From Phoronis australis (Eukaryota > Animalia > Phoronida), in NCBI GenBank assembly GCA_002633005.1, contig NMRA01000096.1:434001-498000 (forward strand): a stretch of 64,000 nucleotides of DNA, written 5' to 3'. Under the pieces are notes generated by a model. It made no database searches. It saw only the letters and a list, made by a program, of their open reading frames with translations, and had not been told where the DNA came from. This document shows positions 1 to 13,416 of the stretch, piece by piece. Made by a program: the position numbers and the translations under genes. Within the stretch, counting starts at the first letter, position 1; each line of letters begins with the position of its first letter.

Positions 1-789
1 ATTCACATGTAAACCTTTCAAATGCAAACTCGTAAATTTGGATATAACAATGAAGCAATCATTTTTAGACACAAAACAATTTTTTTTTAAGTTACATAGA
101 CGTCTACCACACTTCATTACAGAATCAACTAATAATGTTCTCAGGAAATGTAGTTATTAAAATAACTTTTAGAAGGTTTCTTTAATGTTTACAACTTATC
201 AAAATACAAGTACACAAACAGTTCATAACACAACAGAATTAGTGTTTCATTAACTTATTAATATCTTTGTAACACATGAACATAAAGCCCCAGTCTCGCT
301 GCCATAAAACTGAGAAAACTATCCTGCGTTGACGCACCACATGATGAATGCCACTCTGGGTCCATATTTGCAAACTTAAAAAACTGTTGACATACAGAAA
401 ATAACCACTGTAATCCTTCACTTGTTTACCACACTATATGGCCGACAAGTGAAATTATAATTTGTGAAATTCAAAACAAAAATAAAGAAAATTTTAGTCT
501 ATCACTAACATAGACGCCATCAAACAACTTTTAGTCAATTTTTCATTATTTGCAGTTAAGAAATCAGCCTTTCAGAAATTGAAAAATTACAATTTTGGCA
601 ATTATTTTTTCTATTTAGGTGGAGAATTAATGCTCTTAGTTTCAGGTCTTTTAATGCAGTTAACGCACATGTTAACTGCATTTGCCGAATTTTTTCAAAA
701 ACTTATTAATCAGCATGAGATGCTAGATACTAAGACATTCTTCAGTAAAACTGAGTCATGAAGAACATTAGACGAGCAATGACGCTTAC

Positions 790-3700
790 CTCTTTCTGCA
801 TCATCTTGAATAATTCTAACGTATAATCTGAAATACAAAGTGGATACATGCACATAACGTTTGTATATTACATTCCGTCGTAACTAAGGTTGGTAGAAAC
901 TGGTGAAAATGAAATTAATCAAGAGGCTGAACACAAAACAAACAGTGGTCGGATCAAACGGACGAACACCTACAGCCAAGTTTCTAAGTCACATTTTTCA
1001 CCAGTGAGTGAAAATTGCCCCCTCCACCTCCACCCCCTCCACCCAGTCACCAATTGCACTCCTTCCCACTTTGGTCACAACAAATTGCAAGAAGCCAAAC
1101 TGGTTTCATACCCTTGCTCTTATGAACTGCTCTAAATAAGATTCCCTTCCCCATTCAACGTGGTTTCACTTGGACAACACTTTGTAGGGGTATTAGGAAG
1201 TGAACCCCATAAATGATTTCCTTTGCTGTATACAAATATGTAATCACCCCTGCAGTTTCAATGAACTGACCCATACCAAGGCTGAAAAGCATGACTGTGA
1301 AGGGTGAAGTACAGAGTCACTTTGCATTTAATAACACAATCATTAAACTGATTTCAATTTCGAGGGGATTTTTTGAACATTCGAAGATTATTTTTGGAGG
1401 AATTTCACATGCAAAAATGTTTCAGATGGGAATTAGGCTAATACTGGACTACAAAATCAATACAATGAGCCTGTGAGCAGTGTTCACAAAACCAGGGTTT
1501 CATTGCGAAATCTTTAAAACAAAGACCGACTACACTGACAATGGATTGACTTCGTAAGTAGCACAGGAAATATTCAGCAGCATTTAGCCAACACAAAGAA
1601 AATTGAATTTACCATTTTATCAACACCTTGATTTTCATAACATTACCTATTTTTCCCATCTCCAGTGCTAAATATGTTGTCCCTACAATATTATCGCTGT
1701 TGTAGTTTTTGGCCCGTAAGTCATTCACCAGTTCAGCAACTTTCTCTACTGGCTGCAATAAAAAGAATAGAATGGTGCAGATACTCGCAAAATGGCATAA
1801 ACACACTTCATTGTAAATAAAAAATCCTGAACCATTGATCCTTTACGGATAACATGAGGATTATGGGATAATGGTAGCACAGATGGCAGATGTAGATATA
1901 CAATCTGCTGAGATCACTTGATTTTAGTTGTATTTCAAACACCCAGGTGTTCAGTTCGTCATAGAGATACAAATTAGCGGGTATCACTTATCCAAAATAA
2001 ACTACCAGCTTACCGAGCAAACGACCGTCTAACTAACGCTTTCTGGATTCTGGATCATGAGCACAGACACCCCACATATCTATGCTCGTACGCAATAAAT
2101 TCCGCTATCCGTAAAAAAGTCCATGATGTGTTTTGGCACATCGCATGACGTCAACAACATTTTATTTACATGTATTTCTGAAACAACATAGCACCCATGG
2201 TAATCACGGGCAGTGACTGTGTACTCTATCTTGTGAGGTCAGCAGTCGAAACCTGCATTCATTGACAAGCTACAAACATCACACAAAATGTACCTAATTA
2301 CATCGCGAGTGTGTGAAGTGGGACAAGGCAGTGAAGGGAACTCTCTCATGGAATACAGTGTGGAGAACTGTGAGGATGTCACTAAAAATGACAATTTTGA
2401 GGCGTAGCAGAATGGTCTGCTAGTGGAATTAGAGAAGATCCACCTACTACGAACATTATCCTATTCAAACTTATGTCAAACCCTGACAAGATCAGAGCAG
2501 TTAATAACACTTGTATCACCTCTCACTTATGCCTGACCACAATTCTGATGAGGAACTTTTCCGCAATCATATTTTTCCCCGACCCAAGTACCAATCGTTG
2601 CCGCCTCACGTGAAATGAAAATCGTCATTTTTCTACATGACATCATCTTCACTGGAGTCGTGTATTTAACTCTTTTTTAACTTTGTGTCCGACACAGAAT
2701 TCACATAACACGCTCAAGCACAAAAACAGCAAAAATGCGAGTTTCAGTTACAGTGAGTTCTGGGACTGGAAGCCTGGCCCCTAGTCTCTCACTGGTTTAG
2801 GCACGGGATCACCAACTAACTTCACCAGTCACTTCAGTTTAATCAGAGCCCCGATGACGAACCTTCCCAATGACACAATTCCTGACAAGTCCGATTTTGG
2901 CGTATCATCATCCACTTACTGCACCCATTTGTTCATGTTTGACCGCAGAACAAACTTCAGGGCTTGGAATGACCAATGGCGAAAAACGCGGAAATTTTTA
3001 CGGCCCGAAACATGCGCGCAGCCAGCCTTGAAAAAGTCGGTGTGTACCTTTTGCCGACAAAAATCAAGAGGACTAAGAAAAAAAATGTACCACCTCCGGA
3101 AGCGTGCGTCTGCGTCTGTCTTAGCTCGTCCGCCATTCCCACCTCCAAACATTTTTGGTGGCAGAGTCGTAGTATTTGTCACCGCGGTTTACAATCACAC
3201 GAGCCGCCATTGAGGAAATCCACCACGTAAAGAGCAACTTCCGCTTTTCGAGGTGAAAGTTGTCGGCAACGCGGTGGTAAGAAAGAAATTTGCCGCAGAA
3301 ATTTTATATCAAATCCGATTTTTTTACGCGGAAATATAATAAAATATGCGGACAGAACATTTGAAAAAAGCGGAAATCCGTGTTTCCGCGGAAAATTCCA
3401 AGCCCTGAAACTTGGAACCTGCCCAGTATTGCGTTTGCTGGCAAGTTAGATTTAGGCATGGTATCCTTCCCTAACTACACCCACCAGTCCATGTTTGACA
3501 ATATTCCTGATTAGAAATCTGCCGAATATCGCATCTCCTGGTAAGCCAGATTTAGACAAGGCATCGCCCACTAAGAACACTCACCCGTTCATGTTTAACC
3601 ATAGCCCTGATAAGGAACCTGCCCAATGTCACATTCCCCTGGTCTGTCACTGGTTTGGGCATGATGTCAAAGATCTTGTAAGCCACATCATCGTGTCCTA

Positions 3701-6700
3701 ACCCCACTAGTTGATACACTGCGTTGATGGCATCCTGGTTGTAGCCACTTGTCTTGTTAAGTTGATTAATTACCTGTAAGGAAACATGGCTTGTTTATGT
3801 TCTTGGTATTTAGTCTGCTGAACTTATTCAAGCTTTTTGTTTTCAATGTATTGCTCAATATACGATACCCACGGCTAGCCTCTCTCTGCGACATTTGCCA
3901 AGCCTCATTATTACAGTGTATTCAGGAGTGCTTCTCCTTTGAGCGGGATGAGATTCCACTCCAGTTACTGTGTTTCCTATGAAAAACTTAACAATATATA
4001 AGCCCACAAGCATTGCCCTAGCTCTCCAACATATAACAAGAGCAATGCAGATCATGGATATGCACCCACCATGTGTATCACTAATGCCAAAGACATATAT
4101 AATGCTCATTTTTCTAAACATTTCCAACACTACTGACTAGTAAACTTAAATTGAGTCTGCAGAAGGTAAACACACTCGAAAATTGGCAAACACTAAACTT
4201 AACTACTAAAATTGCCACTAGGAGGCACAACACATCAGAACTGTCCAATAATGGGCTCTTTCCTGAACAAAATCTTACGTGCCAAATTTCAAGGATGTTC
4301 TACATCAAACTTGGCAGAAATTGAGGCAAATGCAAAAAAATAAAACCGAGGCACAGCAATAATGAAAATTCTCCAAAAATCAACAGTCAGGTTTCCATAA
4401 ATAGAAATATATTTGCCGGACGGATGGTGGATGGACAAAAATGGGAGCAGAGAAAGCAAACAGCATACCTCATCAATAAACTCCTTGTGACCTGAAGTTG
4501 CCAAGGTAACGATGACATCTAAAATCTCCTTAGGAGACAGCATGCCTAGATTCACTGACACATCATCTAAAGTCTGGAAAAAAGAATTGACTCGAGCTGA
4601 ACAAAAATATCTGCGAGAACTCAGCATGTTATCAAAAGAGCACAGTACATGGATTAGCTTCATCATGAAAATGCTGACTAATAACTAATTTCATCTTCCC
4701 TTCCAAAAGTTCAATTAAAATACCTCACAAATTCTCAATGACCGATCTCTATCGAATTTGAACCTAATAATACAGTCAAGGGAGGTAATAAGATCAGCTT
4801 TCTCTGCAGCAGCTTCACTACAGAAATGCACAAAACACACTGAAGAAGAAACCATGCAGTACATGGATGTTTACTGATAAAGTGTCATTTATTTCCATCC
4901 ACCAATTTCCTTGTTTTTTTCTCTCTTAAACTGTAAGCATTTTTAATACTGAAAATGTTGTTTCAACAGTTTACCTCAAAACAACCAAATTCACGCATAG
5001 AAAACATATGCTGTAACTGGTGCTTTTCAAGACTAACCAGCCATTTGGGATATTGGGAGATGAAGGAGTGGCATGCGTGTCAGAAAGATATAAGACAAAC
5101 TTCTGTTCATCAAAGACATCCAGTCGACCCATTTTCAATTCCAGATGACCCTGACAAAGATGGCGGGTTTGCCAAGAGAAGCATCTGTAATCGCCAGTTT
5201 ACGCTAAATGAAATACCAGTGAGTTGAATATCACTGAGCCACAGCTGTTTCAACTGTCGATAAGTCAAGGAGCGCCCCTTTAAGACATCATCTGCATCAG
5301 GTTTTGTAACCGCTATGCCCCAACATGATGGACACATCCCATGCACAAATCACGATTCATTTCCTTCCCCAATAAACCCAACTGTCAATGATACAGATAT
5401 GGTCACTTCATGTTCACCTTACCCTGTGCAGTGACACTCCTAGATTCTTACCTTTCTCATATTTTCAATATCTCCCTTCTCTGCGTATCCCAGTAATAAG
5501 GCTGTGTAGGACTCATTCCCAGGCTCCATACCTGCTTGCCTGCAGAACAGTGCATTACAGTAAATAATACAGTGCAGTGCAGTGCAGCGCAGTGCAGTGC
5601 AGATCAGTGCAGTGCAGTGCAGTACAACTCAATGTTTCCGAATGAAAAGGAAAATGCACCTTTTTCAAAACACAATGGCAAATTTTCCAAGGCAGGCAAT
5701 GGCTAAAAGACCTCACTTAAATTATCCAAGTCAAAAAATATAATGGATTGTGAGACTGCTGAATAATCGTAACAAGTTACAGATAGACTATCAACACACG
5801 GTTATACATAAAACATGTATAAAATGCACCAATTCCTTTGTACTTAGGGAACAACACGATAATTCAGAGTTAAGAAACACACATACCTCATGACACTTAA
5901 TAGGTTCACTGCCTTGTCATCCTCCCTGAAGTGAGAGCGGACAAGTAATAAATAACAAGATTTGACTGACGGACATTTATTGCTTATTATCATTATTGCT
6001 TTTCTGTAAGCTTACTGCTTGTGGAGGGCTCCACTTAAGAATCGGTGACCCTCTACCACATTCTGAAGGTCAAAGTTCATCTTATATTGGTCACCAGTTA
6101 TATCATTTACTCCCAATTTCAATTTTAAGAAAGTAGACAAACTACAAACACATCAAGACAGTGACTGTATACAGTCTTTTAATTTACCCCAGTTTTGTGT
6201 GGTAGAGAACTGCCTTGTGTTCAATGAGGAAAGCGATTCGAAGCGCTCCACGACATTGTGCTACTGAACAACGCGCTCGCGGATAGCGCTTTCATTTTTG
6301 GCAAACGATTCTCAAGCTGAATCGCCAACAAAACCAAGCAGGTAAGCACATCGTTCATCAGTGACGTCTAACAATTCGAAGCGCTTGCGGAAATTGCTTC
6401 GACGTGCTTTCCTTATTGAATGCAAGGCAGGATGATGCCATGATACCAGGAATCAAAAGTAAAATCATCTGCTTTGTTCACCACAAGTAGTTCCTAGTGC
6501 AGTAATGGAACATTTACCCAAGTTTCATGTGACACTTGATCAATGCGCTAAACACGGCTTCATTAATGGACAACTGGTTCTGCTTCATATGCTCGAGGAT
6601 TTGGCTGAAATAAGAAGAGGAACACGTACAAACATTGCGGTAACACTCGTTATTGGAGAACTTTATTAAAAACACACCAGTGCTCTGGGCTCTTGTCTCA

Positions 6701-9700
6701 TTCCAATCTCCCCAAAGTCGTGACCAAATTGTGTATAAGACATTAACTTTTCTTTGACCTTGTCCTCTGAAGTTAGGAAAGGTAACATATACAAGTCAAG
6801 TCACAAAAACATTTAATCGATTTTCTGCCGAGATAACGGAAAAGTTCAACAAAGCTTACCTTGCACTCTGAAGATCACCTTGATGGCAGAAGCATGATAT
6901 TAAACGTTGGTAAGTCACCTGAAATAAAATTTCAATAAAATCAAATAAATTCACTATTTTTCAGCTCAAAGCTTCAAAAATGAAAAATAATTCTCCTTCC
7001 GTGAACAGGTCTTTCTGCGTGAGACTAACCTTACAACTACAGATGTTCGCCTCGCCAAAAATTTGGAAGAAGCTATCTAATGTGTAAATATCATCTTTTT
7101 CAGTGAGGCGTGGAATATGTTGCAGATAGTTTATACCGTTCAATCGCTCATCTATCTTATGTCCTCATGACAGAAAGAACAAGAAATCGTACGTCCAATA
7201 AATTGTCAGTAACAGCCGGGTTCATGTCGCAGCTTGACAAAATATCGCAAAATATTATGTTGTGTACATGGGTGCACACCATGAAGAGTTATCTATACCA
7301 TTCGATATCAGCATTTTTTTGCACGCAACAAAGAATAACCCATCCCATTCTACATCTTTTCAACATTTTCTTATTTATGTGCACAACGTGAAGAATTATC
7401 AATACCATTCGATATCACCACATGCTTATCGATATGCACAGTGAAAGGAATTATCCATACCATTCAATATCAACATGTCCTAATTGATATGCATGCGGTA
7501 AAGAATTATCCATACCATATGATATCACCATGTCCTAATCGATAGACACCATAAGGAATTATCTATACCATTCGATATCAAAATTTTCTTAATGATATGC
7601 ACACACTAAAGAATTATCCATATCATTCGATATCAACACTTCCTTACCAGTACAGTTCTTTATGACAGACATCTGCCTTGCAATATTATACAAAAAAGTT
7701 TACTGTGAAAAATTTAACTTCTGAGCTCACTCACCAAACTTACACTTTAAGACTAGACTTTGTAAGCCAATCTCTGGTGTCCTTAGCCGAGGTACTACAA
7801 GTCACACCAATGTTCTTCAAGTAAGCTGCATTTTTTCATGACTGATAGGAAAAATGGCACTTTTACAATCCATACTTATTTATTTGCTATCGACATATAC
7901 AAGTACTTGAGAACTTGTGTGCACCGCTTATCATACACAAGCGACTAAATGACCAGTCCATCAGAAAAAACCCACAATCTCTTATATCATACTGAAAAGC
8001 TGGAGTGATCATAGCCTAGGCTCCCTACCCTGTTAGGTACGACCCCGTTGGCCTCCATATCGGCTAAGATCTCAGCTGGTGAGAAGTCTGCATCGTTCTC
8101 AAGATGAACTTTCAACAGTGCGTTGTAATGTGGAGTGCCATACTTAACACCTGTAACACAGCAGTCATACCACCTTGAAGTCTAAAACGCCTGTTTTTAT
8201 TTTTACGGTGAGCTTGGATCAGAGTCATCTCAGTAACTAGTGCGTTCAAACTTAAAGGGACACTAAATCTTTATTTGATGATTTAAGTCAATCTCTTTGT
8301 GTCACCTACTAATGCATCATTGGCATCAACCTTGAAATAATAAGAAGGAATCAACTAACAATTAATAATCCCAATGTCACAGATTGGATATTATGGTTCC
8401 TAGTGGGTGGTCTTTTGCAACAGTTGCCATGCAATTCGCAAAAAGCGTAGGTCACGTTTTCCAGTTTAGCAAACTTTATAAGGAGTTTTCAAATGTTCCT
8501 AAAAACTTTTGAGGGTTGTCGAGAGTTACAGAGCATTATTTTGTGTCAAAGAATTGGATGGGAAAGTGGTTTTTAATATCTGTCAACAGGCCAAAACCAG
8601 GTTTGGTATCCTTTTAAGGCACAACAAAATAGCCCTGAGGATTCTGACCACAAAGTTTTCATCACAAAGTTTTCATCACAAATCATAGGCCAAGACAAAA
8701 GGAAACGTCATGGAATGCTACATCTGCTGGCAAATACATAAAAAGATAGCAGAATGCCGATTTCTTTTACTGTACGTCTTTTTAAAACTAAAACCTGCGC
8801 ACAATCCACTAACAGCAGTAATAACAAGATGGCTACTATACCAAGTGACGGCAACTTGTTCCAGATTTCCTCGACCAGTCTGTTTCTATTTGCTGGAGTT
8901 TCCTCAGCCAATAGTGAACCCAGACATCGTAGTAACATCACGCTGTGCTCACTGGTCATGGTACCTAGTTGAACAATCAGCAGAGTGTTTTTTANNNNNN
9001 NNNNNNNNNNNNNNNNNNNNNNNNNNNNNNNNNNNNNNNNNNNNNNNNNNNNNNNNNNNNNNNNNNNNNNNNNNNNNNNNNNNNNNNNNNNNNNNNNNNN
9101 NNNNNNNNNNNNNNNNNNNNNNNNNNNNNNNNNNNNNNNNNNNNNNNNNNNNNNNNNNNNNNNNNNNNNNNNNNNNNNNNNNNNNNNNNNNNNNNNNNNN
9201 NNNNNNNNNNNNNNNNNNNNNNNNNNNNNNNNNNNNNNNNNNNNNNNNNNNNNNNNNNNNNNNNNNNNNNNNNNNNNNNNNNNNNNNNNNNNNNNNNNNN
9301 NNNAGCTTTTGAGGGTTGTCGAGAGTTACAGAGCATTATTTTGTGTCAAAGAATTGGATGGGAAAGTGGTTTTTAATATCTGTCAACAGGCCAAAACCAG
9401 GTTTGGTATCCTTTTAAGGCACAACAAAATAGCACTGAGGATTCTGACCAAAAATTTTTCATCACAAATCATAGGCCAAGACAAAAGGAAACGTCATGAA
9501 TACTACATCTGCTGGCAAATACATAAAAAGATAGCAGAATGCCGATTTCTTTTACTGTACGTCTTTTTAAAACTAAAACCTGCGCACAATCCACTAACAG
9601 TAATAACAAGATGGCTACTATACCAAGTGACGGTAACTTGTTCCAGATTTCCTCGACCAGTCTGTTTCTATTTGCTGGAGTTTCCTCAGCCAATAGTGAA

Positions 9701-12700
9701 CCCAGACATCGTAGTAACATCACGCTGTGCTCACTGGTCATGGTACCTAGTTGTACAATCAGCAGAGTGTTTTTTTATATCATTTATTTTGAAGTCAGTT
9801 GCAATGAAGCAGCTTAATTTTCAAAACCAACAGAAATGAATAACCAGAAGATTAGAATGCGCGAGAGCTTTGATGCAACAATGCAGTGGATTCCAGTAAT
9901 GTTGGTTTCATTAACGTTATGTAGGACCCTAGAAAAACATCCAAATTTGACTATGTAGGACCCCAGAAAAATAACCAAATTTGGCTAACTTTGGAATATC
10001 ATACTTCAAAACTTGTGGATCGGAAGCTCTATGCATGTTAGGAATTGTTTTTAGAATTTTCCACTTTTGAATGAGGGACTATCAAAAATAGGGCTTCTAT
10101 CAGTTTTAACTAAACAAAAACAACATAATTTAGAGAATTGTAACACAGTGTTTTTGAGATTTCATCTTGAACACCTGACACAAAATTTGGTCCTGCTATT
10201 TACTGATACTGTTGTTTTGCTATGAATACATTTTTTTATTAAAACGCTTTCCACTTGAAGATAAATTTACTTTTCCCACTTAAAATCTATACTTTTGTAG
10301 GTATTTGGTTATATATGTAGTTCTTAACCTCTACAGCATAATAATAGCAGTGACAATACCGTAATAATAATAACAATAATAATAATAACAATAATAATAA
10401 TAATGTTATTTTACAAAAATAATGGAAAACGTAATATTTATAACTGTAATTGTTATCATTATGAAAAATAATGTTTTATAATTGCAAAAATTATCATAAT
10501 TAAAATATTCTCAGTAAACTCACATAGAGGTCTGACAATTATTTTGTTGATGAGCTTCCTGTTTAATTATGCGTTTGAATTACTTTGCAGTCAGTAATGA
10601 TTGTAGAACCAGATTCCAATGATAACCCACAATCAGACAAAATAGCAACTAGGCATGGAAGCCCTATTGATCTCAAGATCTTCAGTCAATTTTTGACTTT
10701 GATACAAATCGAAAATGAACTCTACGTTGAATTCTCATTATTATTGAAAATGTAGGGATATTTTCATGCAATGTCCCAAATACAATGACTAAGTCCCTCA
10801 TTATTTTGACTGAATTGTGGGTTCCAGTTTAGTTAATATATTATTAGAAAATGTCATTAATCAAAGAGGAGCTCAAAATGTAAAATAAAATGAAAAATAT
10901 TACATCACCGAGTAAAGAAGAAAACAAATACGCAGAAGATTTAGAGAACTTAGTTGAGTCCCTATATGGGACTGTTTCATGCAACCGGGCACTGAGGTTT
11001 AAGTCAAGACATGATAGATCAGAAAATTGGCTCCCCGTTTGTTCGCACCCTTTTATTGATACTGCAGAGTGATGAATTCAAAATTTGGGACACTAATATA
11101 GTACAACTAAGAAATGTAATCAGTAGCGGTTTTTGATAAGTTAACATAGGTGGTGACAGCAAGGAGTGATAATACAGAACAGGAGAAATTTCAGGTGTTC
11201 AGAAGAGAATTTGCACATAACTTTTATTTCAAAATTCTCCTAGACTTTCAAACACCAATTGTTGGCGTTAATAGAGCCTCCCACTTGCTGCAGGTGCAGT
11301 AACCATTCTACAGTTCAAGATAATGTTGCAAGATTCAGTGGAATCAATATATAAAACTGTTATTCTAGCAAGGTTCGTTTACAAAGTACAACGTGGCAGT
11401 AAGTTTGAGCATGTGTAACAAGCCTTTGAAAAATGGATAAATGCCAACAGTAGCAAGAGATTGTGTTCCAATTCTGTAATTTCGACCCATCGCTTGACTG
11501 ACCTTCCTTCAACGCCTGGTGGTAAACCGTTTTCACTTGACGTGTAGACGTTCGACCAGTTCGTCTCACTTCCTGGTCGATCAAATGCAGAAAAGTCTCT
11601 GTTGACTCATTCCTGCCAGCTAGTCTACCCCTCTGAAAAGGAGCCGATGTCACTTGCTGCACAGCTGTTGTATTTGGCCTGAGAAACAAAAAAAAAATAT
11701 CAGCATTGTTATAAAATGCCAGCCAATGTCCAATATGTTGCCATTTTGTTGAACAATCTGAGAGAGCTCTAACTTATAAAGCAGGTTTTGGCATCAACTT
11801 CTTCAGCAACTTTTTGTCACTGCCAAGGAAGCTCACATCTGGGAATCCTTAATGAACAACCCAAGTGTCAAAGCCTTTCAGAGTCCAGACCTTCAGTGCT
11901 TTTGAGTCATGATTGCAAAGCAGTCGCCACAGATTAGGTCAATATCCACTTTTATGACCTTGACCATTTAGTTTAAAAGAATGAAATTAAAGCAAACTAC
12001 GAGATATACGAGGAGTTCAATATAACGACAATAAAGTCAGGAATTTCAACCTCGATTTTGCAGTTTCAACCTGGAACTTTGTACCACCACAGTCCACAAA
12101 ACTCGGCCCAAAATCAAATGTGGTTTTTGAGTAATTTTCCACCTTGGAGATTTGAACAGCTTACCACATTCAAAGGGTGCAAACCTTCAAGAAATTAAGT
12201 TGAGAGTCAGGTTTTGGACAGGGCATCAAAAATTTTAAGAAACAGTGATAATGGATTAACTATCACGACAGTGAAATTTACATAATTCACTTGTCTTCAT
12301 GAAACTGCTCCTTGCCCAACTCATTACACTTAGCCTCCCGCACGAGGGACCGAGGGTGGGTCGTGGACCCGGGTCACCGATTACTTTCCCAGCACAGATC
12401 ACTTATTGACTGTCATTGACCATTGACATCATGGCACCTTACCTCAATCTTTTAAGAACACATCTAAAATACATTTCTTAGTAAATTTAGTAAAGCTCAC
12501 CCGAAGAGAAAGGTGCCCGTGACTCCTGAGAGGACAAATTTTTGGTTGATGGATAAGTTCGCCTCAGGTAGTTTTTCATTCAATTATGGGCATCAGACTG
12601 CAGTATGTGGTCGTAAATTGTTTTTTTTTTGTGAAATTGGTTGTACCATATCAATAACATTTTGTGTTTGCCTTGTGATGCACCAGTTAGGGAAATCCCC

Positions 12701-13416
12701 AACTAATATACAAAGATAACTCAGGACTAACAGTTGATGACTGTGAGGTAAGTTTACTCTTTCATTCGAATTCTTCAAATAATTATCTGCGAAGTGACTC
12801 TGAACGAAAACAGCTCCGAAGGCGAGGAAGCAAGACACTGGCTGTACTTTCAAAAGGATCCAAAACAGCTCCCATGCCCCATGGCGTAGCTCACGACGGA
12901 CACGTGGGTCCAATAGTGGTGAGATTGGGAATCACACAAAATTACCGTGAGATTGTGGTGAAGCTGAAAAGCAAGTGGTTACATGGCACAAGTCTGACAT
13001 AGCGCCAGTGCCAGTGGTCCTCATTTTGAGAACACCCCGTCATTCAGTGACGGCCTGGTTCTCGATCAGTGACTGCTATATCCGACCAGTGCCCTCCCGT
13101 TATTGGCATAAGGTGTAATTTAATTCGATGTTTATGCACGATAAAACATCTCATTGGTCTCTATGCCAGAAATTGTGCCTGATAGCCAATCAAATGTCCG
13201 GTAAAGTGAATCAAGTCAATCAGTGCTTGACAGTATTTGAACGTCAATTTTGTATGGCAAACCAGAATACCTTGAAATCACACTGTTCAGATCAAATGAT
13301 CGTTTGACTGGTAAGAAATTTATAAAAATTTTCCTATTAAAAGGTGCTTCTCGTAGACCATAAAGCAAAGCATTTCTAATTGAAAGACACAGCCTTCTTC
13401 TCCCAAGCGCAGCCAT
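790..13416 (-). CDS. LRPPRC: Leucine-rich PPR motif-containing protein, mitochondrial (5' part, 12 exons; gene continues beyond left edge)
   Basis: Phase-consistent GT-AG exons (minus): 13271-13416 (MAALGRRRLC..., Arg-rich targeting-peptide-like; alternative ATG at 13425), 11503-11678 (LIDQEVRRTGR), 9624-9746 (HSVMLLRCLGSLL...IWNKL; duplicate copy 8842-8964), 8029-8150 (HYNALLKVHLEN...PNR), 6860-6918 (VTYQRLISCFCHQGD), 6518-6604 (INEAVFSALI), 5887-5925, 5452-5539 (AGMEPGNESYTALLLGYAEKGDI), 4469-4573, 3585-3773, 1647-1752, 790-827. Collinear with recalled human LRPPRC motifs (LDLSVRRTGR, HYNALLKVYLQN, VTYQRLIASYC, EAVFSALV, YAEKGDI). Confidence 0.95.
2776..3668 (-). repeat. Degenerate ~100-bp tandem array derived from the 3' end and donor of LRPPRC exon 10 (5 units, unit 3 interrupted by a MITE)
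   Basis: Unit starts on minus strand at 3668 (real exon), 3565, 3465, 2909 and 2810. Spacing is 103/100/100/99 after removing the 456-bp insertion. Units translate DIMPKPVTDQGNVTLGRFLIRAMVKHER / DALSKSGLPGDAIFGRFLIRNIVKHGL / DTMPKSNLPANAILGRFQVCSAVKHEQ / DDTPKSDLSGIVSLGRFVIGALIKLK* / DPVPKPVRD*G. Confidence 0.85.
2958..3407. mobile_element. Non-autonomous DNA transposon (MITE), CAG-terminal hAT-like, 6-bp TSD
   Basis: Perfect 13-bp TIR CAGGGCTTGGAAT...ATTCCAAGCCCTG, flanked by direct repeat AAACTT (2952-2957, 3408-3413). Multiple subterminal GCGGAAA(T) motifs. Removing it restores the reading frame and period of the surrounding repeat. Confidence 0.9.
5570..5624 (+). repeat. (CAGTG)n pentanucleotide microsatellite
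   Basis: About 10 near-perfect CAGTG units visible directly. Confidence 0.9.
6210..6430. mobile_element. MITE-like inverted-repeat element in LRPPRC intron
   Basis: Imperfect TIR CTGCCTTGTGTTCAATGAGGAAAGC ... GCTTTCCTTATTGAATGCAAGGCAG; internal GAAGCGCT motifs. Confidence 0.7.
7280..7642 (+). repeat. Minisatellite, ~55-bp unit, ~7 degenerate copies
   Basis: Recurring core AAGAATTATCCATACCATTCGATATCA...GATATGCAC. Confidence 0.85.
8506..9777 (+). repeat. Near-identical ~480-bp duplication flanking an N-gap (contains LRPPRC exon 3 twice)
   Basis: 8506-8994 matches 9306-9777 except for a few SNPs and small indels, separated by Ns (8996-9303). Typical of overlapping allelic contig ends. Confidence 0.85.
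10362..10404 (+). repeat. (AAT/AAC)n microsatellite
   Basis: Direct read of TAATAATAATAACAATAAT... Confidence 0.85.
10745..10994 (-). mobile_element. Truncated copy of the MITE family found at 27700-28125
   Basis: Reverse complement aligns with 27700-27945, including the TIR CAGTG.C.GTTGCATGAAACAGTCCC..ATAGGGACTCA.CTAAGTTC.CTAAATC. Confidence 0.75.

Noticed and set aside
2854-3230. Overlapping ORFs on both strands (63-119 aa)
   Set aside because: They lie in a GC-richer MITE and the exon-echo array; no coherent protein family is recognisable.
4723-4818. Exon-like open stretch (VKLLQRKADLITSLD...) with AG/GT ends in an LRPPRC intron
   Set aside because: Phase is incompatible with flanking exons (phase-0 entry gives TGA), and LRPPRC alignment is continuous without it.
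7280-7642. Repeat-spacer-like array resembling CRISPR
   Set aside because: The whole unit is repeated with no unique spacers, it lies in a eukaryotic intron, and there are no cas genes; it is a minisatellite.
8710-9839. Long ORFs of 114-284 aa in the ORF track
   Set aside because: Artefacts of translating through N-gaps (likewise 62912-63232).
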